NCBI RefSeq assembly: GCF_009914755.1
Contig: NC_060926.1
DNA length: 64,000 nt
Reading direction: 5' to 3' (one strand)
DNA from: the human T2T-CHM13v2.0 reference genome, Homo sapiens
Numbering within the stretch: the stretch's first letter is position 1; each line of letters opens with the position of its first letter. Positions 14,111-31,950 of this stretch are shown here, in pieces. The position numbers were made by a program, and so were the translations under genes. The notes below the pieces were generated by a model. The model worked only from the letters and a program-made list of their open reading frames with translations. It was not told the origin of the DNA and did not search any database.

Positions 14111-14322
14111 GTAGGTTTATTTGCAGAGATACCATGTATCATTTTGAAGTTTGTGCTCTACAAAAATGACCCATGACCCAGAGATACAAAAGAAGTATGA
14201 CATCCAGCTTTGCCTCTGCTTGTCAAGCTGTATGCCATGGTTCAGAAGGGAGTCTTTTCGTAATTTGTCCACTTGTAGTAGGAGCAATATGCACATGCCA
14301 ACAGAAGGAGGCACCTTTTTCT

Positions 14323-14429
14323 TTTTTTTCTTTTTTTTTTTAAATTATACTTTAAAGTTCTAGGGTACATATGCACAATGTGCAGGTTTGTTACATATGT
14401 ATACATGTGCCACGTTGGTGTGCTGCACC
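14323..14429 (-). mobile_element. Severely 5'-truncated L1PA 3' tail (~105 bp) with 12-bp TSD
   Basis: Poly-T plus aaattatactttaaagttctagggtacat...ggtgtgctgcacc; TSD gcacctttttct at 14311-14322 and 14425-14436. Confidence 0.92.
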
Positions 14430-14538
14430 TTTTTCTAACTAGCACAAAGGACTTATATGCCAGCAGCAACCTATAAATAGAAGTTAGTAGTAAATAGTCG
14501 ATTTGTACATACATAAATGCTTTTTTTACACAAATGGT

Positions 14539-14866
14539 TGCTATAGACTGAATGTGTCTGCTCAAAATTCATATGTTGAGGGCCTAACCCGCAATGTGAT
14601 GGTATTTGGATATGTAGCCCTCACGGTGGGAGTCACGCCCTTGTAAGAAAAGACACTCAAGTACTTGCTGACTCTCTTCACCATGTGAAGTCACAGCAAG
14701 AAGGCCCCATTCTGCAAGCCAGGAAGAGACCCCTCACCAGAACCTGACCATGCTGGCACATTGATCTTGGGCTTCTAGCCTCCAGAATAGTGAGAAAATA
14801 AATTTCTGTTGTTCAAGTCACCCAGTCTATGATATTTTGTCATGATAGCCCAAGCTAACTAATACA
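14539..14866 (+). mobile_element. MaLR solo LTR (MLT1A-like)
   Basis: tgctatagactgaatgt...aaaattcatatgttga...ctaactaataca; near-TSD atggt/gtggt. Confidence 0.85.
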
Positions 14867-15149
14867 GTGGTATTATATTGTTAAATGTGTTGTGATTTTT
14901 GTTGCTGTTCTTAAACTTGATTTTATATAGGTACATATAAAATAGATAGCATGCATGTATATGCATTTAAAAATGATAAAAGCAATGGCTTTTAGAGAAG
15001 AGACTACATGAGGGTAGTGGTTAAGGGCACTTTTGCTTTAACTTTAATTTTTATAATAATGTCCTCATTTTTACATGTTTTATTTAAAATATTTTTAAAA
15101 ATATTCATTTAAAATGTACCTATATATACGTACTGTAAAAAATCTTTAA

Positions 15150-15365
<216 letters not shown>

Positions 15366-15382
15366 TAATAATATAATACCAT

Positions 15383-15550
15383 TGTATTAGTTAGCTTGGG
15401 CCATCATGACAAAATATTATAGACTGGGTGACTTGAACAACAGAAATTTATTTTCTCACTATTCTGGAGGCTAGAAGCCCAAGATCAATGTGCCAGCATG
15501 GTTAGGTTCTGGTGAGGGCTCTCTTTCTGGCTTGAAGTGTGGCCTTCTTG
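15383..15550 (-). mobile_element. MLT1 (MaLR) LTR fragment
   Basis: tgtattagttagcttggg...aacaacagaaatttattttctcac...ctggaggctagaag...ggttctggtgagggctctct. Confidence 0.8.
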
Positions 15551-15619
15551 CTTTAATATTTTGAGAAAAAATACATTAGTATTTTGTGATGTAAAAGTCA
15601 ATTGATAGGAATCGCTTAT

Positions 15620-15845
15620 ATTTAATGAATACTTAACTGTGTTCCAGGCAGTGAATGTGTTACATTCAATGTATCATTTGATCCTTGCAACAATCTTAAG
15701 AAGTAGATACTGTTTATATCCTCAAGGTACAGATGAGGAAACTGAAGCACAGGGAAGTTAAATAACTCATCTAAAGATCACACAGCTATAAAGGATAGAG
15801 CCAGGATTCTAATGTCAACCGATTCTAGAGCCTTCCCTCTTAATC
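15620..15845 (-). mobile_element. MIR SINE
   Basis: tacagatgaggaaactgaagcacagggaagttaaataact...aagatcacacagcta core. Confidence 0.85.
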
Positions 15846-15976
15846 TCAATGGCATGTTGAGAAATAAAAGCAGGGTATTAGGAGGTTAGTGGAAACTTGG
15901 GCAAAAACAATTTTGATAAAATGAAGAGGGCAAAAGACATATTCTAATAGATTGAGAAGGTAAATGTGATTAATAA

Positions 15977-16495
<519 letters not shown>

Positions 16496-17049
16496 GAATA
16501 TTGTTTTTAAGAAATATAATCTTAGAATTTAAAAATAGAAAAGGGAAGTAAATGACGGAAGTTTTCAAACCCTCAAGGATATGTGTGTGTGTTCTGAACA
16601 CAGTTCTGGAAACTGCTTCAAGCCACCTTATTCTGATACGGAAAAAAAGTGTCCGTAGTTAAAATATCAAACATAAGGTTTATGAATTGTATTTCAGTAG
16701 TACAGAAAAATGTTTTAACCAATCAACCGAATTTCTTAGTGCTATGCAGTTATGAAAGAAGACAACTTCTGGTTACTATCGAAAGCAAAAACTATCAGCA
16801 ATTTTGTATGTTGAATTCTATCTCCCTAAGTCACAAAATGAGGAATATACATCTATAATATTATAAAAATTTTTCGGAGAATTATATGTCTTAAATATCC
16901 TGATATTTTAAAGGCCTTTTTCACTGATTTTCCACTGGCAAATAAGCACTGGACTCATAATTATCTGAATCTACAGCATTTTAACATACGAGTTGAACAA
17001 ACATATCATAGGCCCTTAAAAGTGGATCAACTCTGTCCTCAGAAGTTAT

Positions 17050-17200
17050 CCAGTTCAACTTTACAGAGGACAAAACAGAGCCTGTAGAGGTGAAATGACA
17101 GATTTTCCCAAGGTCATATACAATTCAAAGAAGAGTCAAGACTAAAACCTTGGTCTCCTGGCTCCTCGTCTTTAGTACTCTTTTTAGTATCTTATAATAT
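17050..17200 (-). mobile_element. MIR fragment
   Basis: tttacagaggacaaaacagag...gaggtgaaatgac...cccaaggtcata. Confidence 0.6.
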
Positions 17201-18127
17201 GCTTATTTTTTTTCTTTATGTAATGCAGATTAATCTGATTTTCCTTTTCTTCTTTTCAAACTGAAGTTCTGAATCAGCTAATCTTGATAATTATTGGGAC
17301 AGGAAGCAAAAGACTGAAATGACTCTGTAATCAAAGAAGCTCCCTGACTATGAGGGGTAATTTTAGTGGAAGCCTGTATCCTAATGCTGGAACTACATAT
17401 CTGTTCTGTTTTCCCCATTCCTTTTAATTTCTGTGGCTCTCTTTTGTTCTGGTAGGATAGCTTTAGACTGATCAACCAGATGTTGCCTTGCCCTTTAGTA
17501 TTTAGCTGTTTGGGAATTCTTATCCACCTACTTGTTTCTGACCCATGGCCTGTATCCACTTAGGTCTTGGTTTGTGTTTGTTAATCTGGGTTCTCATTGG
17601 TGGCTTCACCTTCTAACCACGAGCCCTGGCTTTGCTATATTCTCAGTTCTCTCAGTAACAGATTATACTAAACTCTAAAATCCTGAGCTACCTGGGAAAT
17701 AATGTGCATTTCGTCCAGAAAATCCTTAGGAATGCTTAGCATCTATTTGAAACTCCAGATTCAATCTACAACCTCAGTGATTACAGTTTGAGATAACAGT
17801 CACATGGGTCACAAAGGAAGCTTCCTAGATACAAGTGAATCTCATTGTATCAAATGGTTATGCCTTCCAAAATTATATGTGAGTCTGAGGGGCAATTTTC
17901 AAAATAGGCTTTATTTATTATAGCGATTTTAGGTTCAGAGTGAAATTAAGCAGAAAGTATAGAGTTCCAGGAAATTTTTTTACAGCGACTAACTTAGGTA
18001 AATGTATCAGGGAAGCTCACTATTTAGAGGAAATTTACTATGATTTATGTTATGAAATGAGAGCTCTCTCTTCTTTATCTTTGGTGAAAATCACTAAGGA
18101 GCTAGCTAAATTAGATAACTATGCCAG

Positions 18128-18811
18128 TTATCAATGTAATGTCTCACAGCTCTAAATCCACCCTTCATTGTCTGCTCTCTGAAAATGGAGGTGGACCCTC
18201 TATCTATCCCTACAACTGGCAAAATATTAAGCAGTGTCAGAAAAGGCTGCTTGAAGGACACTGCAGAGGAAGGGGATTTCCTTCCTGGTTTGTGTGTTTA
18301 TGCCTTCTTGTTCCTACCATACAGCTGCCAGCAGCACATGTAGGGGACACAAGTGTTGCTGTGTCCACAGAGTTCCAATGGCACACCCATGGTCAGTCCC
18401 ATCAAATTTCAAAAGTACTTCCATGGTCAGATTTCCATTAAGCCTTGCAAGCATCTCAATAATTGGCTTCCAGCTTTGGCCTGCCTGCATCCAAGTTGGG
18501 TATTCCCTGTTTGCCTAGTGACTATTGAACTAGCTCTATCTTAACGCACCCAAGAACTTCTCCACCATTCAGAGGGTCATAACCATAGCTTCCACAGTAA
18601 GGTGTGAATCCCAACCGTGGAGAGGGCTCCTCAGTTCCAAACGTGTTTCTTCCAAGGGAACCCTCCTTCAGCCCTAGGGTATTCTTTAGCATGCTATTTA
18701 TCTCTTTATATAGAAAGGATTTCCTGTTAGAGTTTATCATTTTTTCTATTAAACTTACCCTGTTCAAATTACTATATGTTTTTTGTCTCCTAATTGACCC
18801 TAACTGATACA
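18128..18811 (+). mobile_element. ERVL solo LTR (LTR41-like)
   Basis: ctcacagctctaaatccacccttcattgtctgctct...aatggaggtggaccct at the start; ccctgttcaaattact...gaccctaactgataca at the end. Confidence 0.7.
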
Positions 18812-19385
18812 GTAACTTTGGAAAAAATAACTTAAATCTCTTATTGTACTCATATGTAAAATGAGGAGACTAGGCTACTTGATCTCAAATGTCCTTTCCA
18901 GATCTAAAATTACATACTTCTAGGAAATTCCAGATTTTTTTCATGTATTGGGCATGCCCTAAGTATGTTATAATAAACACCACACAGCACTGTATAATTG
19001 TGTACTGTCTTCCCCAGCCTCCGTCACAGTAAATGGGTCTTCCTTCTTATTTGAATAATGGTTTCCTCCTTCTGGGTCAAGAGATAGTTACAGCAGCAGC
19101 CAGTATCATTTTATGCACACAGTGGGTAATCAAATACTATCAAATCCTCTGTGAGGGTTTTAACTAGGAAGCTATCTAAGGAACAAAATGAAAAACCAGA
19201 GGTTCATGTATGACTATGAGAATTTAAAATGCATCATAGATATCATTGTATTCATTTGTGAATATAAATATTGAAAGGATACATTAAGTATAGAAAAACG
19301 TTCCCTCTGATATTATTTATTCTAACACTTTACAAAAGACTCCATTCACCACCTCCATTACCACACAATTTTAAATTTTCTTTTA

Positions 19386-19505
<120 letters not shown>

Positions 19506-21247
19506 CTATTGTATAAATGTTACATAAAATTTAAATTAACAACAGATATGTAAAAATGAGGGAAAAGCCATAACCATATCCACTGGTTCGTATTACAAAA
19601 TTGAATTTAAAGGGCACTTCATCTTTTTTGTTTCATAGATATGCTTATAATACATTGGCAACAGAAAAATAAATTAAAACACAAAGATAGATGCCCTGAG
19701 AAACTGCAAGGTTTAACAATTTCTGCAATGAATGGAAATATAACTTGTGCTGACCTAAGGTTTTAATCTATGGCTAAAATAATCAACTTTCCAGAGAACC
19801 ACAATAAAAGTGTGTTATTGTCTCTAAAGTATATGATCTACCTGTTACTCAAGAATATTTTTATCTTCTTATGGTAATGCAGTCTTTAACAAATATAGCA
19901 TTAAAACTATTTTTATTTTAAAAGCATTAGTTTATTTATGCTAATGGACAGCAGGATGTTGAAAGCTTTATGCTTCTGGGGAAGTGGCAGGAGATAGGTG
20001 GGAGGAAGGAGGAAAAGAACAAATTAGCAGGGTTGTGGTATATAGTAGTTCTGACTTATGTGGTAAAATAAAGGTCGAGCTTATCAAGTGCAAAAAGGTG
20101 AAAGCAGTGTTATTAGTAGGCCTGTTTTACTTCCCTTTTCTGGAAATGGAAGCAAAATGAGAAAACCAGAGGTACATATGAGCTATTTTCAGGGAGCTGA
20201 AACCCTTATTCAGGATTTCCCAATGTGATGGGACAATGAATGTTTATTGAACAGAGGCCCATTCCACCACTCTGGCCTGCCATGTTGTGCCTGAGTCAAG
20301 AGACTGGCTCTTGCAGGTGAGTACCTCAATGGTAAATAGTGAGCGACTGGCAGCAGGGGGTCTGTTGTAGAGGCTGGGCTAGCCCTACCCCTAAGGTGGC
20401 ATTTTCTTTTCTGAGACAGAGGTGAATAGGAAAATCTAAGTGGTTTCCTGACTTGCCCTAGCAACATGGTCTCTGATTTCTGGGAGAATCAAAAGAAGCA
20501 TCCCAAGCACCATCGCCACAGACATAGCAACTCTGCAGCCACAATAGCAACATCTGTTCAATGTTTAATGAATAATTAAATAAGCCCAATGTGCAGTGAT
20601 ATCCACTGCAGAGATGACAGAGCTCTGGATTTAGAGAGAACAGAGATAAAGCTAGAAAGGCAGCAGCACCCAAGATGGAGAGAGAGAGAGAGAGGGTGGG
20701 TGCAGGAGAGGAAACATTGATTGACAAGGAGTGTTCTAGAGTCCTAACTGATAAATGCCAGGGAATTCTATTAATGACAGATACGGAAATGTTAGCAATG
20801 ATTATGTCATCTCCATCTGGGAATTATAAACCATCTTTATTTTATTCTTTTCTGCATTACCTTATTTTTGCAATGAATCATATTTCTTTTATAATCAGAA
20901 AAAAATTAAGCTACTTCAAAACAAATTTTTTTAAAAGAACAGATATGGAATCAAAGAGCATTTTTCTCTGGGTTAATGCAGACCAATAATACTTCCTTAC
21001 TCCCAGCACTGGCCTTGGAGAAAGTCAGTGGCTCTTTTGCAGACAATTCCTTGACCACAAGCAGAGCAACCCCAGGTTGCTGGCATCCTCAGATTTCTGA
21101 CACCACTTGATCACTTGATACACTGTCCTGTGCAGGCCCCAGGCGTATGTTATACCTGGAGCTTTTTGCAATCTCAAGACCAGTTATTTCCATCTTTGAC
21201 TCTGAAGGTACCAACCTTCAGGCATTGCTATAGTATAAGTGTGCTCT

Positions 21248-21281
<34 letters not shown>

Positions 21282-21624
21282 AATCCTTTTCAGTGCTTTC
21301 CACTGAGACCTCTGGAACCCCTGTGTCATCACATGTAAAACTCCCTACATCTTCAACCTTCAGAAAACTATTTCCTTGTTTTCACTGAAATTCTTTTGAG
21401 TGAAGGATACTCATATTCTGATACCCCATGTGCCATTTTGCTGGGGAATAGCTGGGGCATTTTCCTCATTGTTAACTGTCTGTTTCAGGCCATTATGATA
21501 TGTACAATTCTTTCTCCCTTTGATGTTAACACCACATGGATATATCACCCTCTACCTGTCGTTATCATTGGCATGTGTAAATTTCCAAGTCACTCCCAAA
21601 TTCTCTTCAAGAATTCAGATACTT

Positions 21625-22654
21625 GGAGTGGAGCCAAGATGGCCGAATAGGAACAGCTCCAGTCTACAGCTCCCAGGGTGAGCGAGGCAGAAGACGGGTG
21701 ATTTCTGCATTTCCAACTGAGGTACCGGGTTCATCTCACTGAGGAGTGTCAGAAAGTGGGTGCAGGACAGTGGGTGCAGTGCACCGAGCATGAGCCGAAG
21801 CAGCGTGAGGCATTGCCTCACCTGGGAAGCACAAGGGGTCAGGGAATTGCCTTTCCTAGTCAAAGAAAGGGGTGACAGACAGCACCTGGAAAATCGGGTC
21901 ACTCCCACGCTAATACTGCGCTTTCCCAAAGGTTTTAGCAAAGGGCACACCAGGAGATCATATCCCTCGCCTGGCTTGGAGGGTCCTACGCCCACGGATC
22001 CTCACTCACTGCTAGCACAGCAGTCTTAGATCAAACTGCAAGGCAGCAGCGAGGCTGGGGGAGGGACACCCGCCATTGCTGAGGCTTGAGTAGGTAAACA
22101 AAGCAGCCCAGAAGCTTGACCTGGGTGGAGCCCACTGCAGCTCAAGGAGGCCTGTCTGCCTGCCTCTGTAGACTCCACTCTAGGGGCAGGGCATTGCCAA
22201 ACAAAAGGCAGCAGAAACCTCTGCAGACTTAAATGTCCCTGTCTGACAGCTTTGAAGAGTGTAGTGGTTCTCCCACCACACAGCTGGAGATCTGAGAACA
22301 GACTGACTGCCTCCTCAAGTGGGTCCCTGACCCCCCTGTAGCCTAACTGGGAGGCACCCCCCAGTAGGGGCAGACTGACACCTCACATGGCTGGGTACTC
22401 CTCTGAGACAAAATGTCCAGAGGAACGACCAGGCAGCAACATTTGCTGTTCACCAATATTCACTGTTCTGCAGCCTCGTCTGCTGATACCCAGGCAAACA
22501 GGGTCTGGAGTGGACCTCCAGCAAACTCCAACAGACCTGCAGCTGAGGGTGCTGACTGTTAGAAGGAAAACTAACAAACAGAAAAGACATCCAAAGCAAA
22601 ACCCCATCTGTATGTCACCATCATCAAAGACCAAAGGTAGATAAAACCACAAAG
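21625..22654. promoter_or_regulatory. L1 5' UTR: sense promoter (YY1 site CAAGATGGCC at 21635-21644) and antisense promoter region (~22025-22225)
   Basis: YY1 motif read directly; antisense promoter position taken from established L1 5'UTR architecture. Activity is not shown by sequence. Confidence 0.7.
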
Positions 22655-23654
22655 ATGGGGAAAAAACAGAGCAGAAAAACTGGAAACTCTAAAAATCAGA
22701 GTGCCTCTCCTTCTCCAAAGGAATGCAGCTCCTTGCCAGCAATGGAACAAAGCTGAATGGAGAATGACTTTGACGAGTTGAGAGAAGAAGGCTTCAGACG
22801 ATCAAACTACTCCGAGCTAAAGGAGGAAGTTCGAACCATGGCAAAGAAGTTAAAAACCTTGAAAAAAAATTAGACGAATGGCTAACTAGAATAACCAATG
22901 CAGAGAAGGCCTTAAAGGACCTGATGGAGCTGAAAAACAAGGCACGAGAACTACGTGATGAATGCACAAGCCTCAGTAGCCGATCAACTGGAAGAAAGGG
23001 TACCAGTGATGCAAGATCAAATGAATGAAATGAAGCGAGAAGAGAAGTTTAGAGACAAACGAATAAAAAATAAATGAACAAAGCCTCCAAGAAATATGGG
23101 ACTATGTGAAAAGACCAAATCTACATCTGATTGGTGTACCTGAAAGTGATGGGGAGAATGGAAACAAGTTGGAAAACACTCTGCAGGATATTATCCAGGA
23201 GTACTTCCCCAATCTAGCAAGGCAGGCCAACATTCAAATTCAGGAAATACAGAGAATGCCACAAAGATACTCCTTGAGAAGAGCAACTCCAAGACACATA
23301 ACTGTCAGATTCACCAAAGATAAAAATGTTAAGGGCAGCCAGAGAGAAAGGTTGGGTTACCCACAAAGGGAAGCCCATAAGACTAACAGCTGATCTCCTG
23401 GCTGAAACTCTCAAGCCAGAAGAGAGTAGGGGCCAATATTCAACACTCTTAAAGAAAAGAATTTTCAAACCAGAATTTCATATCCAGCCAAACTAAGCTT
23501 CGTAAGTGAAGGAGAAATAATATATTTTACAGACAAGCAAATGCTGAGAGATTTTGTCACCACCAGGCCTGCCCTAAAAGAGCTCCTAAAGGAAGCACTA
23601 AACATGGAAAGGAACAACCGGTACCAGCCACTGCAAAAACATGCCAAATTGTAA
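22655..23654 (+). pseudogene. L1 ORF1, disrupted
   Basis: ATGGGGAAAAAACAG start; in-frame TGA at 22754-22756 and later indels; remnant KRPNLHLIGVPESDGENG. Confidence 0.93.
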
Positions 23655-23717
23655 AGACCATCGAGGCTAGGAAGAAACTGCATCAACTAATGAGCAAAAT
23701 AACCAGCTAACATCATA

Positions 23718-27545
<3,828 letters not shown>

Positions 27546-28921
27546 ACAATGAGAACACATGGACACAGAAAGGGGAACATCACACACCGGGGCCTGTTGT
27601 GGGGTGGGGGGGAGGGGGGAGGGATAGTATTTGGAGATATACCTAATGTTAAATGATGAGTTACTGGGTGCAGCACACCAACATGGCACATGTATACATA
27701 TGTAACTAACCTGCACGTTGTGCACATGTACCATAAAACTTAAAGTATAATAACAAAACAAAAAAAAAAAGAAAATGAAAGAAAAAAAAAAGAATTCAGA
27801 TACTTCAGTCACAGCCTTCTCAAATACAGGCAACTTCAGCCTGTCTGAATGCCCTTCCAACCTTCCTAATCAACTTCACCATCTGTCTGACTGCCCTTCC
27901 AACCTGTAATTCTCATAATTCTATGACTTCCTCCATTCTAGGGAACTTACTCTTCCTCCAGAATTCTATTATCATTGAAAACAGTTCCAACTGTGTAATC
28001 TTGAATCAGCAATAGACTCTGTGACCAGAACCTGCCCTACCCACTTCCAATCATCCTCTGGGCTCCACTTATATAATGCTATTTCCCTAGTGCAGCTCTC
28101 ATCACAAGGCTTTGCTAATTAATATACTTTTCTTCTGTCCCACTAGGCTGCAACAATTGTGAGATATTCAGCTAAAGTGCCTAAAACATAGCATGTACTT
28201 AATAACCATTTGATTGATGACATAATTGTAGGAACTAGTACTAAATTTATGGTTTCAATTGAATCTTCAATGACAATAAGCATTCCATTTATGAATTCCT
28301 GGACAATGCCTCTCAATTTCTCATAGTGATATTCTAAAACCTGTTCACTATGTTCAGCTCCATACCTGCTGCTATTTCCTCACTTTCATCAGAGCAAACA
28401 GAAGCTCTACAAGATATCTTTCTCATTGTTCAGCCCATCAGAAGAAGAGGTATTTTTCCTCCTGTTCAAGACTAATGCCTCACCTGGGCTGCAGATCCCA
28501 TTCCCAATTCCACCTTCTTCGTAGCCTCCCTCCTCATCTGTCCCCTCCTCTCCCCTGTACCTTCAGCTTCTTGCTCTTTGCTGCTTCCTTCTCACATGGA
28601 ATTAAACATAATTTTATCCCATTGCAATAATTTAGAAATTCTTTAGAACCCAAAGATTGTAGCATCATACCTTTCATTGTTCCTCTTTGGCCAGGCATCT
28701 TAGCAACTCGCTTTTTCCCATGTGCACATCTTCTATTTCACTCCTCACCTATGGTATTCCTACCTCTGTACTCCACTCCGAAGTCACTGCTCTCACTAGT
28801 GAGTTCCACAGGATCGGATCAAATATCCTTTCCAATCATGATTTTACTTGATGTCTCTGTGTATTTGATTCTATTAACCCTTACCTATAGTATTAAACCA
28901 TTATTGACTTTGGGACTTTGA

Positions 28922-29990
28922 CATTCATTTGTTCAACAAGTATTTATTGAGCACATGATAACTGGTACTTAAAAAAAATAAAGCCTCTGTCTTGTGGAAT
29001 TGAGACTTTCTAGAAAGGGAGACAGATAGTAAATGAATGAATGAATGGAATATCACATGCTGTATTAACCTCTAAGAAGGGGATACGTAGAGTGATGGTT
29101 TAGAAAAATTTGAGTAGAATTAGTAGAAGGTATCTTTTAAATGTCTTAAATAGGACATCTGGATGACATGACATTTGTTTGAAAACCTGGTAGATGAGCG
29201 TGAAACACCCACGGGAAGAGATGGAGGGGAGTACATTGGGAAGAGGGTGCAACAGCATTGGATGGGGAAGACCTCGCATATGTTGAGAACTGGGAATAGG
29301 CCAGGGAGCTGGAGCAGGTGGCATAGGTTAAGACTAGAAGCGAGATTGGAGAGCTGCATGGGGTTAGATGATTTGGCCAGGATTTAATTCTAGAAACAAG
29401 GAAAAGCCATTGAAGAGACTAAAGCAAATAGTAGCATGATCTGACTTACATTTTAAAAAGAGAGCTCTCGATATGAAGTGGAGCACGGGTAGTAGAGAAG
29501 CTAAGGAACAACAGGGAGACCAGTTAGAAGGAAAAGGCAGCGCTCGTCCCTGGACTCAGGAGATGGATTCAAGTGTTCAGATCTGAGATGTGCTTTTGAG
29601 TAGAATCAGAGGGCTCATTGAAAGATTCCAAGAGGGCTCATTGAGAGATTCCATGTGAAGATTGCAGGAAAGACTAATCAAGGACAATTCCTAGGTTTTT
29701 GCTTGAACAGCTGGTTGAAAGGTGATACTAGTAACTGAGATAGAAGATTGGGAGAATAACAAGCTTGGAAAAGGAAGAAAATTGGGAGCTCAGTTTTGAA
29801 CACATAACACTTGACAAGCCCATAAGACCTCTAAGTTGGAGGGGCCAGACGAACATCTGAAGGCACAGATGGGTGGCTTAGGGGAGAACTCAGTGCTGGA
29901 GACCTAAATTAAGGAGATAGCCACATAAACAGTATTTGACACCAGAGGACTGGATGAGGTCTCCAGGATGAGGATGTGAACAGGAAAGAG
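28922..29990 (-). mobile_element. L2 LINE 3' portion
   Basis: cattcatttgttcaacaagtatttattgagcac (reverse-complemented L2 tail) followed by a purine-rich L2 body. Confidence 0.75.
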
Positions 29991-31610
29991 AATGTGGTTA
30001 TGCACTCTCATGCTTATTTGCTTTTCTGCACAGCTTTCTCTACTAGAATGACTTAATTTCCCTCTTCCACCTGTCAAACTTACTTTATCTTTAAGATGAG
30101 AACAAATGCCACCTCCTCAAATCTTCTCCTGAGCCTTCTAGAAAAACAGTAGCTCCATCCATGGCACACCAATAGCTTATAGTTTATGACCCTCCTTTCT
30201 TTGACTACCTGCATTCCTGGACTTCTTTCATGAGGTTCTGCCCCTGGATCTTTACCAATATATTTGGGCATTTAGTACATGCCTGGAAAGTTCTGCCTTG
30301 CCTTATTGCTTGGTAAATCCTTCCTATCCATCCTTTAAAGACTCAGTTTTAGCATTGCCTTCTCAGCCTTTCTCCCTCTCCCTCTCCTCCAGATACAGCT
30401 AGGTGTACCTTCTAAGGCATTATTTGTGTATTCTTAACACAGCATTTCCCATATTAATCTGCATTGTTTATCTTTTTATCCTTAGTACATTGTGTCATGT
30501 CTAACACATAAGAGGGTATCATTGATCACTCTTAGGTGACTGGAAGTTTCTTCTGGTCTCTGGTCCAAGAATAACAAAGTTGTACATGGGAACCGGGCCA
30601 ACAGTTTTCTTTTCAGGATGGTAAAGGCCAAACTAAGTACCTCCCTAAGGACAGTTCCATTCACTTTTCATCCATTAATTCATCCTACAATTTATGTATC
30701 AAGAATTATTAGCTTTGCAAGCCTCAAACTGAAGTCAAGACTAAGGGTATTTAACTAGTCCTTTGGGACATTTGTTGAGACAGAGATTTTAAATGCACTG
30801 ATTGTTAGACTTTTTGAAGGATTCTTATAATGTTCCAATGATAGAAGAATCAGAAATCAGCATATGATAAGAGTTGAATTTATAGCTTGTCTCTTTACTT
30901 CCACATGAGGTTTACAGAAAAACAAAAGAAGCACTCATTATCCCCTATCTCCTCTTACTATTATACTTCTGATTTGTATTGAATGCAAGAGGTTTATTTT
31001 CACAGTCCCACATTTTGTTCATTTTAATAAAGTTAAACCAGTAAAAGTATAATAAATACTGTAGAAATAAAAACTGTAGAAACTATTCACCATATAGATT
31101 TTGGAGCCAAAATAATGTCATGCTATTTTTCAGTCTAAGATCATTTTTATATCCTACCTTACTTTTGTAATCTTTCAGATTTTTTCCTATTAAAAACTAC
31201 ACTTGTAAACAGAACATTTATAATATTAGAGTACCTCAAAGTTTAACTTAAAAAAAAACTTGGACCAATATTATACAACCATTAAATTCAACATGAAATA
31301 AGAATTTCTTATTTACACATAGGAAGCAGAAAGTTAGGACAAAAGGATTAGAGTAGCAAATAGTTTGTCTCTTATTTCACGCTTGTGTGATGTTGAATCT
31401 TTGAACAAATAGACTTCTGTACATTGTTGTCAGGTCATTATCTCTGACCTGTGACTCAGTCAGAAGGAAGTCATAACACTTAACCAGACTCATAAAAGAT
31501 ATGAAGTTCAAAGCATCCAGTTCCAGTCCCCATAAGCCATTAAGATAAAGCACATTTTTATTCCATTTTCTAGATTCTAATTAGATAGTTCCTTGCATCC
31601 TATTTTTAAG

Positions 31611-31950
31611 GTAGAGAGTAGAATGGTGGTTATTAGAGGCTGGGAAGGGTAAGGGGCAGGGGATGAAGAGAAGTTGTTTCATGCATATAAAACTACAGTT
31701 AAGTAGAAGGAATAAATTCTAGTGTTCAATAGCACCAGTAGGATGACTATAGTTAATCACAATTCATTGTATCTTTCAAAATAGCTAGAAGAGAATATTC
31801 GGAATGTTTCCAACATAAAGAAATGATACATGTTTGAGGTAATGGATATCCCAATTACTCTGACTTGATTATTACATGTTTTATGCTTGTATCAAATATC
31901 CCAGGTACCCCAGAAATTTGTACAATCACTATGTATCAATTATTTAAAAA
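31611..31950 (+). mobile_element. L1MA-type 3' end
   Basis: gagagtagaatggtggtta...aaaatagctagaagag...aaagaaatgata...gaggtaatggatatcccaattac. Confidence 0.85.

Noticed and set aside
27601-27623. G-quadruplex motif
   Set aside because: Standard polypurine tract of the L1 3'UTR; not specific to this locus.
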